A stretch of DNA of 64,000 nucleotides, from contig WRCY01000004.1 of assembly GCA_009783695.1 (NCBI GenBank), positions 8 to 64,007 of the forward strand, read 5' to 3'. The stretch's first letter is position 1; every line of letters begins with the position of its first letter. Shown one piece after another: positions 27,775 to 36,125 of the stretch. The notes under the pieces were generated by a model. It was not told the DNA's origin. It saw only the letters and a program-made list of their open reading frames with translations, and did no database searches. The translations under genes were made by a program, and so were the position numbers. Source of the stretch: Oscillospiraceae bacterium. Its GTDB lineage: Bacteria; Bacillota; Clostridia; Oscillospirales; Ruminococcaceae.

Positions 27775-28581
27775 ATGAAACGTAGATTAATCATGGTATT
27801 CGGGGCAGTGCTGATGATGCTTGCCGTGACGGCTCCCGATTTATACCTTGCGGCAAATGCAGTAAGACCCATAATAACGCCAACGCCGGTCATGACGCAG
27901 CCGGCATTGGTTCAATTAACAATTAACAGTGAGCAATTAATAATTACGGAGCCCGCGGCAAAAACACCGCCGAAAGAAACGGCGCGCGAGCCGGAAAAAT
28001 ACGACAACGCATGGGCTTTCTATCTCGTTGACAAGGATAATCCGCTCCCCGCCGGCTTTGAGGTTATGCTCTTTGCTCTCGGGGAGGAAGACGAATGGTG
28101 GCGGGAGGTCGACCTGCGCATTGCGGGTTACGTCGGGCAAATGCTCGAGGATTCGGCGCGGGACGGCGTACATATCGTCATCATTGAGGGTTACCGTACA
28201 ATCGAAAGGCAGCAGGAAATTTATGACCGCAGAATAAACTATTACCTCGAGCTTGGGCTCACCCCCGCGCAGGCTTTGCTCGTCACCGATACCGAGGTCG
28301 CCCGCCCCGGCGCCAGCGAACACAACGCAGGGCTTGCGCTCGATTTCGCAAGCGGAAACTACGACGTGTACTCCTTTGAGGAAACCGCGGAGTTTGCATG
28401 GCTCGCGGAGAACTCATGGCGGTACGGCTTTATTCTGCGCTACCCCGAGGACGCAATGCACATCACGGGTTTTATCTACGAGCCGTGGCATTACCGCTTC
28501 GTAGGCGTTAAAAGAGCGCGGGAAATCACCGAATCGGGGTTGACACTTGAAGAATTTTTAATGCAACTTTGTGCAGAGTAA
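27775..28581 (+). CDS. VanY/M15B-family D-alanyl-D-alanine carboxypeptidase
   Basis: Signal peptide. Zn-binding and catalytic motifs SEHNAGLALDF and EPWHYRFVG. Confidence 0.88.
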   Translation: MKRRLIMVFGAVLMMLAVTAPDLYLAANAVRPIITPTPVMTQPALVQLTINSEQLIITEPAAKTPPKETAREPEKYDNAWAFYLVDKDNPLPAGFEVMLFALGEEDEWWREVDLRIAGYVGQMLEDSARDGVHIVIIEGYRTIERQQEIYDRRINYYLELGLTPAQALLVTDTEVARPGASEHNAGLALDFASGNYDVYSFEETAEFAWLAENSWRYGFILRYPEDAMHITGFIYEPWHYRFVGVKRAREITESGLTLEEFLMQLCAE

Positions 28582-28608
28582 CTTAGTGTTATGGGCAAGG
28601 TGATAAAG

Positions 28609-28686
28609 GTTGAAAACGAATGATATTGAATCGTGGAAAATGAAACTTTTTATTCTTTGTTGGTGCAGAAAGGATATGGTGAAAAT
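28609..28686 (+). repeat. Leader cassette copy LC9
   Basis: GTTGAAAACGAATG..GAATCGTGGAAAATGAAACTTTTTATTC..GGTGCAGAAAGGATATGGTGAAAATATG. Confidence 0.8.
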
Positions 28687-29157
28687 ATGAAAAAACTATT
28701 ATGCTTGTTTTTGGCTTCAATTACACTGCTTGCGGGCTGCGCGGAAAATGCGGGAAGTGCAGAAAGTGCGAAAAATTCAAGGAGTTCCGACTTTGAAGCA
28801 TTGCTGACCGCAGTTACCGAAAACGGTTTTGAATATGAAATATCGGAAATAACATGGGACGAGGACGTGCTGACGGGAAAAGCAGAAACAATAATAGTGC
28901 GAAGCGGCGAACAGGAAGAACGCTTCACGGTCTATTCTTACAGCAGCAACAACAAAGCACAAACCGACACGAAAATTGTCAATGAAAGCGGTTACGGATT
29001 CAGTTACCGCGACGGCAGAATGGTTCAGACCTCATGGGTGTCATATCCGCACTTCTTCATACAAGGCAGAATTATTGTGTTTTATGTCGGAGATGAAGCA
29101 TGGATACTTGATTTTTTGTATGACACGCTTGGTGAACCGTTCGCAGGCACAAAATAA
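28687..29157 (+). CDS. Putative lipoprotein
   Basis: Signal peptide with lipobox LLAGC. Start placed after the cassette. Confidence 0.7.
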   Translation: MKKLLCLFLASITLLAGCAENAGSAESAKNSRSSDFEALLTAVTENGFEYEISEITWDEDVLTGKAETIIVRSGEQEERFTVYSYSSNNKAQTDTKIVNESGYGFSYRDGRMVQTSWVSYPHFFIQGRIIVFYVGDEAWILDFLYDTLGEPFAGTK

Positions 29158-29271
29158 TTAACAGTTAATAATTTTAATAACGAACAATTGCGGAGTTCGC
29201 TTCGCAGACGATTTTGAAATCGTCGCCGCAGGCGACACAATAATTATTCATTATTCCCTATTCCTTATTTA
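29155..29271. repeat. Repeat family 3 (hairpins plus ATTATT tail)
   Basis: aattaacagttaataatttt...gacgattttgaaatcgtc...gcaggcgacacaataattattcattattccctattcc. Confidence 0.5.
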
Positions 29272-30849
29272 CTATTTATTATACATCTCAAACACATTCG
29301 GCGGGAGTTTCTCGCCGTAAGCCAGCCGCATTGCGAGCCGCGCGAGCCGTTCGCCTATATCGCGCTTATTCTGCGGGTGCAAATCGTTGTATTCACCCAA
29401 ATCATAACCGGCGGCAAGCCCCGTGCAGGGCAACGCAAGGCACATCTTCTGCTGTCCTCGCAGCAAGTCCCAATCCGTGCCGCCTGTAAAGGCATAATGC
29501 ACAAGCTGCGTCTGTATAAACGGCGCGGCTTTTCCGTTTGCCCATGAGCCTCGCCATGAATTAATCAAAGCCGTGAGCTTCTCGGCGTAACGCGTATGAC
29601 TGCCCGCGTCGGACTCGCCCTGATACCAGATTATTCCTTTGATTGCATAATTAAGAAGCGGCGAAATCATGCCGTTATACAGACCCGTCGGTTTTTGCTG
29701 AAAGAAAGTCTGTGCCTTTTGATTTTCAAACACTGTTCCGGGGCGGCGTTTCCATGTGCCGCCTATGTCAATTGTATGGGTTTTTGTCGCGACAAAATAA
29801 TTCTTACCCTCGGTAAACCCGCCGCTTCCGTTAAAGCATAGCAGCCTTACCGCAATCGTGAGCTTGTTTCCCGATTGCGGCAGCGTAAACTTATACTCGC
29901 GCGGCGGATAGCGGTAATAAGTCGCGCCGAGCTTCTCGCCGCTGATAAAAACCTCGTCCATATCAACGGCAAGACCGAGGAAAATCGTCGCTTCCTGTCC
30001 GTAAAGCTCCTCGGGTATATCAATAACTTTTCTGTACCAATACGAGCCCGTGCCCCTGTCGACGTCCTTGCAGAGCGGGATTTCCTCCCAGTCGCTGTCG
30101 TCATAATCCGGGTTCATCCAGGACTGCTGTATACCCTCGTCGGCTTTCCAGAGCCTGCTGTGATAATCCGCCGTGTATTCTTCTTCATCTTTTTGAACCT
30201 GCTCTATGTACTTTTTCTCCTTACACTTTTCAACCTCGGCGAGCTCGTTTGTTAAGCCGAGTTCCTCAAGCTTTTCGCGGCTGAGCCACGCCGTCACCGG
30301 CGTCCCGCCGACGGCAGTATTCAAAAGTCCAATCGGTACGTTATAACGCTCCGTCAGCTTTTTCGCAAAGAAGTAGCCGACAGCCGTGAAGTTTTGTGCG
30401 GTTTCGGGGCAGAAGTTCTCCCAGCCGCAGTTTTCGAGTGCGAATTCATCGGCAGGCGCGTCAAAATTATAAACCTGAGGAGCTTTAAACTGCCTTATAA
30501 GCGGATTCGTAACCGTCAGTTCGTCGGGGTAGTTATGGCAGGTGCGGTTGAGCGCAAGCTCCATATTCGACTGACCCGCGCAAACCCAAATATCGCCGAC
30601 AAGCACATCGCGTATTTCAAGCTCCTCGCCGCCGCAAACAACTTTGATATTCTGCGGCTCACTGCAGACTTCAAACTCACCCAGAGCGGCGCTCCAAAAG
30701 CCGTCTGTGTTTGATTTTACAACTTCTGCTTTGCCGCCGAAACGGACTTCAACCTCGGCAGAAGCGGCGGCAAAACCGCTAATAATTATTTCTGCATTCC
30801 TCTGCAGAACCATGTTGTCGGAAAATAACGGTGATAGCTTCAAACTCAT
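29272..30849 (-). CDS. Sialate O-acetylesterase-like (SGNH/DUF303) carbohydrate esterase
   Basis: LSPLFSDNMVLQRN...GDIWVCAGQSNME (catalytic GQSN) ...IKGIIWYQGESD. Start at 30849 follows the cassette. Confidence 0.85.
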   Translation of the reverse strand: MSLKLSPLFSDNMVLQRNAEIIISGFAAASAEVEVRFGGKAEVVKSNTDGFWSAALGEFEVCSEPQNIKVVCGGEELEIRDVLVGDIWVCAGQSNMELALNRTCHNYPDELTVTNPLIRQFKAPQVYNFDAPADEFALENCGWENFCPETAQNFTAVGYFFAKKLTERYNVPIGLLNTAVGGTPVTAWLSREKLEELGLTNELAEVEKCKEKKYIEQVQKDEEEYTADYHSRLWKADEGIQQSWMNPDYDDSDWEEIPLCKDVDRGTGSYWYRKVIDIPEELYGQEATIFLGLAVDMDEVFISGEKLGATYYRYPPREYKFTLPQSGNKLTIAVRLLCFNGSGGFTEGKNYFVATKTHTIDIGGTWKRRPGTVFENQKAQTFFQQKPTGLYNGMISPLLNYAIKGIIWYQGESDAGSHTRYAEKLTALINSWRGSWANGKAAPFIQTQLVHYAFTGGTDWDLLRGQQKMCLALPCTGLAAGYDLGEYNDLHPQNKRDIGERLARLAMRLAYGEKLPPNVFEMYNK

Positions 30850-30926
30850 ACTTTCAATAAGTCCTTTCTTTACGAGCGGGAAATTAAAACAACGTTTTCC
30901 CTTTAATGTATATTTTAATTTAACCT
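30850..30926 (-). repeat. Leader cassette copy LC10
   Basis: Reverse complement: GGTTAAATTAAAATA..TTAAAGGGAAAACGTTGTTTTAATTTCCC..GTAAAGAAAGGACTTATTGAAAGTATG. Confidence 0.8.
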
Positions 30927-30980
30927 TAATTAGCTCCTCGGCAAATTCAAATTGCATTAAAATGCAAAAAACATTTATAA

Positions 30981-31144
30981 TCAACTAACTTGAAAATGCT
31001 AACGCATTTTCAAGGTGCGGCGGTTGCCGCACAGCCGCGCAGCGGCTTAATTCGATTGCATAGCCGATTAGCGCGCCTGCGGCGCGTCGGCAAACTCGTT
31101 TGCTGTGAAAAAACGCAAAGCGCTTTTCAAGTTAATCGGCTATA
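30981..31144. repeat. Palindromic element PE-C2
   Basis: 11-bp perfect hairpin cttgaaaatgc-taac-gcattttcaag. The ends atagccgatta and taatcggctat are inverted. Paralog of 27362-27687. Confidence 0.75.
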
Positions 31145-31186
31145 CATTTACGCAGATTAATCATATCACAGATGCAGAAAAATGTC

Positions 31187-31213
31187 AAGAACCCCGCTCA
31201 AAGGCGGGGTTCT
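31187..31213. terminator. Intrinsic terminator hairpin
   Basis: aagaaccccgc-tcaaag-gcggggttctt. Confidence 0.75.
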
Positions 31214-31231
31214 TTATAAGAAAGTTACTTT

Positions 31232-32023
31232 TTAATTGTCGTCGTCACCGTCGTCACCGTCGTCAAGGTCGGGAGCGTCCATAACGCCCGCTACTATTCT
31301 GAGAACGATAATCGCGTCTGCCGATGTAATTTCGCCGTCTTTATTGAGGTCGTAAACTTTAAGCATATCTTCGTCAGCTTCCATTAAGCCTGCTGCGATT
31401 CTGAGGATGTTTAAAGCGTCGGAGCTCTTGTATGTGCCGTCGAATTCAACGGGAGCTGCGGGTTCGGGTTTAGGTTCGGGCTTGGGCTCGGGAGCTGCGC
31501 CTCTCGGGATTACATTGCCGCCCTGGTCAAGGTAGTTCCAGTCTTTTACTGCCGCAGAGCCCCAGTCCATGCCTATTACAAATTCGGCATAGGTTTCTGT
31601 CTGGTCTGCTGCAAAATTAGCCTCGGTGATTAACTGGGTTGTGCGGCTCCAGAATCTTACTCTGTAAGTATTTCCCTCAATTTGAACAGCCTTAAGGGGG
31701 TTGTCGCCGGTATCGCTGCTCCATTCTGCAACGTTTCTCCATCTGCCGATGTTGTCATTAACTATCATGCGTCCGCCAAAGCCGACTTCGGGAGCGCTCG
31801 ATACTTCAATGATAAACTCGAAGCCGTAGATTTTCATTGTATCTTCCTTGGAAAGCCCGTCGTTGTTGGAGTTAGCGGAATGGTAAGCTCTAATCATAAA
31901 GTGCTGCCCGTCGCCGCCGTTGTGGTTAGAGTTGGTGAGCCTTGTCGCGCTTGCGGGTATCACCATAAAGCTTACTGCTACCGCGCATACGACTAAAATT
32001 GCTAAAATCTTCTTTAATTTCAT
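31232..32023 (-). CDS. Secreted protein of unknown function with a C-terminal dockerin-like module
   Basis: Signal peptide, a domain of about 160 aa, a PEPKPEPKPEP linker, then ...SDALNILRIAAGL...YDLNKDGEITSADAIIVLRIVAGV. Confidence 0.8.
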   Translation of the reverse strand: MKLKKILAILVVCAVAVSFMVIPASATRLTNSNHNGGDGQHFMIRAYHSANSNNDGLSKEDTMKIYGFEFIIEVSSAPEVGFGGRMIVNDNIGRWRNVAEWSSDTGDNPLKAVQIEGNTYRVRFWSRTTQLITEANFAADQTETYAEFVIGMDWGSAAVKDWNYLDQGGNVIPRGAAPEPKPEPKPEPAAPVEFDGTYKSSDALNILRIAAGLMEADEDMLKVYDLNKDGEITSADAIIVLRIVAGVMDAPDLDDGDDGDDDN

Positions 32024-32156
32024 TTTGAATCCTCCGTTAAGTTTAATTATTCATGGACTTAGCCATTCATAAATATAAGTATACCTTTTTTAAAATCATT
32101 TTTCAATTAGCAGATTGTACAAAATTAGAGCAAAAATTTTGGAGCAGCGGAAAAAT

Positions 32157-32846
32157 TTAGACTCCCGCTACCGCTCTGAGTATAAGTATTGCGTCCGCCG
32201 TGGTGAGCTCGCCGTCGCTGTTGAGGTCATATTTTGCGAGAAGTTCATCGGTCTCCTCCATGAGCCCCGCCGCAACTCTCAGAACGATTAATGCGTCGGC
32301 AGTGCCAAGCTTTCCCTCAACCGGCTCGGGTTCGGGCTTGAGTTCCGGAGCCGCCGCGCCTTTTTTCTGAATCACGTTTCCGGCGCTGTCGAGCCACTCG
32401 TAACGGACTACCTCAAAAGTTCCCCAGTAGCTCCCGAGCACGTACTGCGCGTATTTCTCGCCCTCAAGCAGGCTCGCCTCGAATGTAGGCGACGCTCCTC
32501 TGCTCCAGTGACGGATTCTGTAAACGCCGTCCTCGCCCTCAACCGCCGTCGCCGTTATGGGCTTGCCCGCGCCCGCATCGCCGAACTCGGTATCCAGCCA
32601 GTTGCTGCCCGGAAGAGAGCTGCTGATAACGGTTACGCCGCCGAAAGAAGCGTCCGCAGGCTTGATAAACCAGTTAATCCCTGCAACCCTCAAAAAATCC
32701 TCAGCCGTAAGGTCTTCAATCGCGTACGCTTTGTAGTACCCGTCGTCGTTGGCGTTTGTTATTAGCCTCGCGCCTGCGGGAATCGACATAATGCTCATCG
32801 AGAGTATGCAAATAATTAAAACTGCTAAAAATTTCTTTGACTTCAT
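32157..32846 (-). CDS. Paralogous secreted protein with a dockerin-like module
   Basis: Same architecture as 31232-32023. Shared motifs (YRIRHWSR vs YRVRFWSR; ...W.YLD..GNVI). KPEPEP linker. YDLNSDGELTTADAILILRAVAGV. Confidence 0.8.
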   Translation of the reverse strand: MKSKKFLAVLIICILSMSIMSIPAGARLITNANDDGYYKAYAIEDLTAEDFLRVAGINWFIKPADASFGGVTVISSSLPGSNWLDTEFGDAGAGKPITATAVEGEDGVYRIRHWSRGASPTFEASLLEGEKYAQYVLGSYWGTFEVVRYEWLDSAGNVIQKKGAAAPELKPEPEPVEGKLGTADALIVLRVAAGLMEETDELLAKYDLNSDGELTTADAILILRAVAGV

Positions 32847-32884
32847 TTTAATTCCTCCTAAATTTAATTTTCTTTTTTAATCAT

Positions 32885-33140
32885 ATAACCGATTAACTTG
32901 AAAAATGCTCCGCATTTTTAAAAAGCAAGCTTTACTTGCTTTTGCGCCGGCAGCGCGTTTTGGCATTTTTATTATAACATAATTGCAATCGCTTGCAGCG
33001 ATTGCGGCGGCAAGGCCGCCGGCGGCGCGAACGCGCCGAATTATTGTTGAAATAAAATCACCGTTTCGGCTTTGCCGAAACCATCCGCAAAGCGGATGCC
33101 AAACGCTTTGCGTTTGGATGTGTGATTTTATTATAACACA
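32885..33140. repeat. Cluster of palindromic elements (PE-C3 and others)
   Basis: ccgattaacttgaaaaatgc-tcc-gcattttt; gcaatcgcttgcagcgattgc; gttgaaataaaatcac...gtgattttattataac inverted ends. Confidence 0.65.
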
Positions 33141-33201
33141 TTTTTATAAGAAAAGCAACCTCCCGATTGACAAAATTTATCCGCCTTGTTATACTTATTA
33201 T

Positions 33202-33756
33202 ATGTTTACACAAATCATAGGCGGTATTGAACTCACGTTTGAAACGTCGGACACTTCTTTCTCGCCGCTCGGCGCCGATAAAGGCACGCTCGCCATGCTT
33301 TCCGTGGTAAATTTTACAAGCACGGACAAGCTGCTTGACTTAGGCTGCGGGTACGGCATCGCGGGGATTTACGCCGCAAAAATAATAGGCGCAGAGAACG
33401 TAGTCATGAGCGATGTCTGCGCCGAAGCCGCCGGGTTGGCAAAACAAAACGCAGAGCGCAACGGCGTCGGCAGCATAAAAGTAATCCGCAGCGACGGCTT
33501 CCGTGACATAACCGAAAGCGGCTTCTCGCTTATTCTCTCAAACCCGCCCTACCACGCAGATTTCTCTATTCCCAAGCATTTTATCGAAAAAGGCTTTAAC
33601 AGGCTCAGAGTCGGCGGCAGAATGTTCATGGTAACGAAACGGAAAAACTGGTACAGGAATAAGTTTACAGCCGTCTTCGGCGGCGTGAAGGTTACGGAAA
33701 CCGACGGATATTATGTATTCTGCGCCGAAAAGCGAAGCACACAGTATGCGAAATAA
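33202..33756 (+). CDS. Class I SAM-dependent methyltransferase (RsmC/RlmG small-domain type)
   Basis: LDLGCGYG (motif I) and SNPPYH (motif IV). Start moved to 33202; the upstream part of ORF 32983 reads through repeats. Confidence 0.82.
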   Translation: MFTQIIGGIELTFETSDTSFSPLGADKGTLAMLSVVNFTSTDKLLDLGCGYGIAGIYAAKIIGAENVVMSDVCAEAAGLAKQNAERNGVGSIKVIRSDGFRDITESGFSLILSNPPYHADFSIPKHFIEKGFNRLRVGGRMFMVTKRKNWYRNKFTAVFGGVKVTETDGYYVFCAEKRSTQYAK

Positions 33757-33778
33757 ACAATTTATTAAAGGAGATATT

Positions 33779-35356
33779 ATGAAAAAGCAATTTTTATCCT
33801 TGCTTCTGACGGTTACGCTTATTCTCACGCTCGTTCCGGCTGCGGCGGCAGAAGATTTTACGCCCGTCACTGGAAAGGAAATGTCGGAAAAGCTCGGGCT
33901 CGGCATAAACATAGGCAACACCCTGGAGGCGCGCAGATGGTCGGACGACACGCCGCTCGAGAACCCCATGGACGCGGAAACTATATGGGGCGCGCCGAAA
34001 GTCGAGAGGTGGCACTTCGAGGCGATTGCCATGAAGGGCTTCAGCAACGTGCGTATTCCGGTTACATGGGAGCCGCACATGGACAAAAACGGCAGAATCT
34101 CAGCCGCGTTCATGAACCGCGTCCAGCAGTGCGTTGACTGGGCTTTGGAGGCGGGGCTGATTGTAACGCTCAACACCCATCACGAGTCCGGCTTCTATGA
34201 CCTTATGCTCACCGATTACAGCAAGGCGAAAAGCTGGCTTGAGAACGTCTGGACGCAGGTTGCAGACCGCTTCAAGGACTACCCCGAAACGCTCATCTTT
34301 GAGCCGATGAACGAGCCGCGCCCGGGCGAGCACGGCTGGTATTGGAGCTACTCGCTTTACGAAAAAGAAATCCCGCTCCTCGCGGCGACAGCCAACAAGC
34401 TTAACCGCGACGCGCTCGAGATAATCCGCAAAAGCGGCGGAAATAATGATAAGCGTATCGTTTCGCTCACGATTGTACAGGCAGACCCGAACCTGCTTTA
34501 CCTGTACGAACACCCCGAAAACGACCCCTACACGATGGCAGGAGTTTTCTTTTATCCCGCGACCGCCGAATTGGAGCAGAACGCCTTGACGCAGATAAAA
34601 GCCGCGCTCGATAAAGGGATTCCCGTCGTTATAAAGGAAACCTCGCCGATTGAGCGGCAGGGCAGCACCGCACTCGCCTGGAGCCGCAACGCTTATGCAG
34701 GACTTGCTGCGCTCGGCGTGCCGTCTATGTGGTGGAACTGCACAGGCGAAAATGATGATGAAATTTTTGCCCGCGCAACAGGCAAGTGGAACGACCCGCT
34801 CGTAAATATATTCTTCTCCGCTTACGGCGAAAAGCCCGGCGCAGCGTATACACCTCCCGCGCCGCCGCTGCCTTATGAGCTCCCGGGCCCTTTTATAAAC
34901 AAAGACTTCACGTTTTGGCGCAATGTTAATCCCGGCGTGCTCGGCTTTGCGGAGAAAATGGTCGTCGAGTATACGGGAACTATGCACAACGCCTATGCGT
35001 TCACGCGGTTCACGTCGCAGTGGGTACAGTTCGACAGCGGACACAGCCGCATTACCACAGAGCCCGGGAAAATCATCTTCGATATACGCGGGCTCGAGGG
35101 AATGACATTCGGCTTCGGAACATGGGGAGATGGCGACGCCGCAAAAATCACCCGTGTTTACCTTGACTCATGGGAGGGCGGCGGGAATGCAAGCGGCTCC
35201 GGCTTCACCACGGCAGACGCGATGAACATACTGCGGAGCGTGGCAGGCACAGTTGTTTTAAGCTCGGAACAGATGGATAAATACGACCTGAACGGCGACG
35301 GTATAATTACGTCGGCAGACGCGCTGCTGGTACTAAGGGTAGTGGCGGGGGTATAA
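33779..35356 (+). CDS. Glycoside hydrolase family 5 endoglucanase-like enzyme with a C-terminal dockerin-like module
   Basis: Signal peptide. GINIGNTLEA, RIPVTW, NTHHE and FEPMNEP (catalytic acid/base NEP) motifs. C-terminus YDLNGDGIITSADALLVLRVVAGV. Confidence 0.9.
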   Translation: MKKQFLSLLLTVTLILTLVPAAAAEDFTPVTGKEMSEKLGLGINIGNTLEARRWSDDTPLENPMDAETIWGAPKVERWHFEAIAMKGFSNVRIPVTWEPHMDKNGRISAAFMNRVQQCVDWALEAGLIVTLNTHHESGFYDLMLTDYSKAKSWLENVWTQVADRFKDYPETLIFEPMNEPRPGEHGWYWSYSLYEKEIPLLAATANKLNRDALEIIRKSGGNNDKRIVSLTIVQADPNLLYLYEHPENDPYTMAGVFFYPATAELEQNALTQIKAALDKGIPVVIKETSPIERQGSTALAWSRNAYAGLAALGVPSMWWNCTGENDDEIFARATGKWNDPLVNIFFSAYGEKPGAAYTPPAPPLPYELPGPFINKDFTFWRNVNPGVLGFAEKMVVEYTGTMHNAYAFTRFTSQWVQFDSGHSRITTEPGKIIFDIRGLEGMTFGFGTWGDGDAAKITRVYLDSWEGGGNASGSGFTTADAMNILRSVAGTVVLSSEQMDKYDLNGDGIITSADALLVLRVVAGV

Positions 35357-35361
35357 AAATC

Positions 35362-35392
35362 AGAGCGGGATTAAAAACCCCGCTCTTTACTT
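35362..35392. terminator. Intrinsic terminator
   Basis: agagcggg-attaaaaa-ccccgctct followed by a T-rich stretch. Confidence 0.75.
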
Positions 35393-35428
35393 AATATAGC
35401 CAATGCTGAAACATTTTAAAGTTAATGA

Positions 35429-36040
35429 TTACAACACCCGTACCCCCGTGAAAAAGCTGTCCAAATAATACTTCACGGTAATATCAATTTCCTTTACGAC
35501 CTCGCCCGGCATGCGGCAGCTAATCATAATGCCGCCGCCAATATAAATCCCGCCGAATGTCGCTTTGTAGCCGCTGTCGGAGAAAAATACCAAATCGCCC
35601 GATATAAGCTCCGGAATCGAGCCGATTTTATTGCCCATGCCCGCCTGCTCCTGTATGCCGCGCGGGCAGTTAACGTAGCCGTTGTGCCGCAGGACGTAGT
35701 GAATAAACCCCGAATTGTCGAAGCCCTCGCCCGGAGTGCTCCCGCCGTCCGCGAAAGAAATTCCGAGCAGCGACTGCGCCGTTAGCACAATCTGATTTTC
35801 CTCGATAGGTGCGACCGATATTTCGCCGCTCGTTTCGGTTATAAGCGCAGCGTTCGCGCCGTTTTGCCGCTCCGCCCGTTCGGAGGGTTTGGACAGGTTG
35901 TCGGTGTTGCCGCTGTTATCGCCGCCCGGCGCGGGATACTCGTAGTCGCCGCTCTCGCCGCTTATGCCGCAGCCGCTTGTTATAATCATCAGCATAGCGA
36001 AAACAAGCAGCAATGTCCGAGCTTTCAGTGCTTTTTTCAT
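35429..36040 (-). CDS. NlpC/P60-fold lipoprotein, predicted catalytically inactive
   Basis: Lipobox ITSGC. NlpC/P60 scaffold (GDLVFF, GGIYIGGG), but DCSG is replaced by DNSG and the HVGIY histidine by FGGIY. Confidence 0.75.
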   Translation of the reverse strand: MKKALKARTLLLVFAMLMIITSGCGISGESGDYEYPAPGGDNSGNTDNLSKPSERAERQNGANAALITETSGEISVAPIEENQIVLTAQSLLGISFADGGSTPGEGFDNSGFIHYVLRHNGYVNCPRGIQEQAGMGNKIGSIPELISGDLVFFSDSGYKATFGGIYIGGGIMISCRMPGEVVKEIDITVKYYLDSFFTGVRVL

Positions 36041-36125
36041 ATTATTCTTACCGCTTTCTCCATGCGCGTGTACTTGTCTTTTTTTATTCTACCACATATT
36101 GTATTATATTTCAAGCATTATTTTA

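Noticed and set aside
32983-33201. The N-terminal 73 codons of ORF 32983-33756.
   Set aside because: The extension reads straight through palindromic repeat elements (an Ala/Arg-rich translation). The methyltransferase fold begins at the ATG at 33202.
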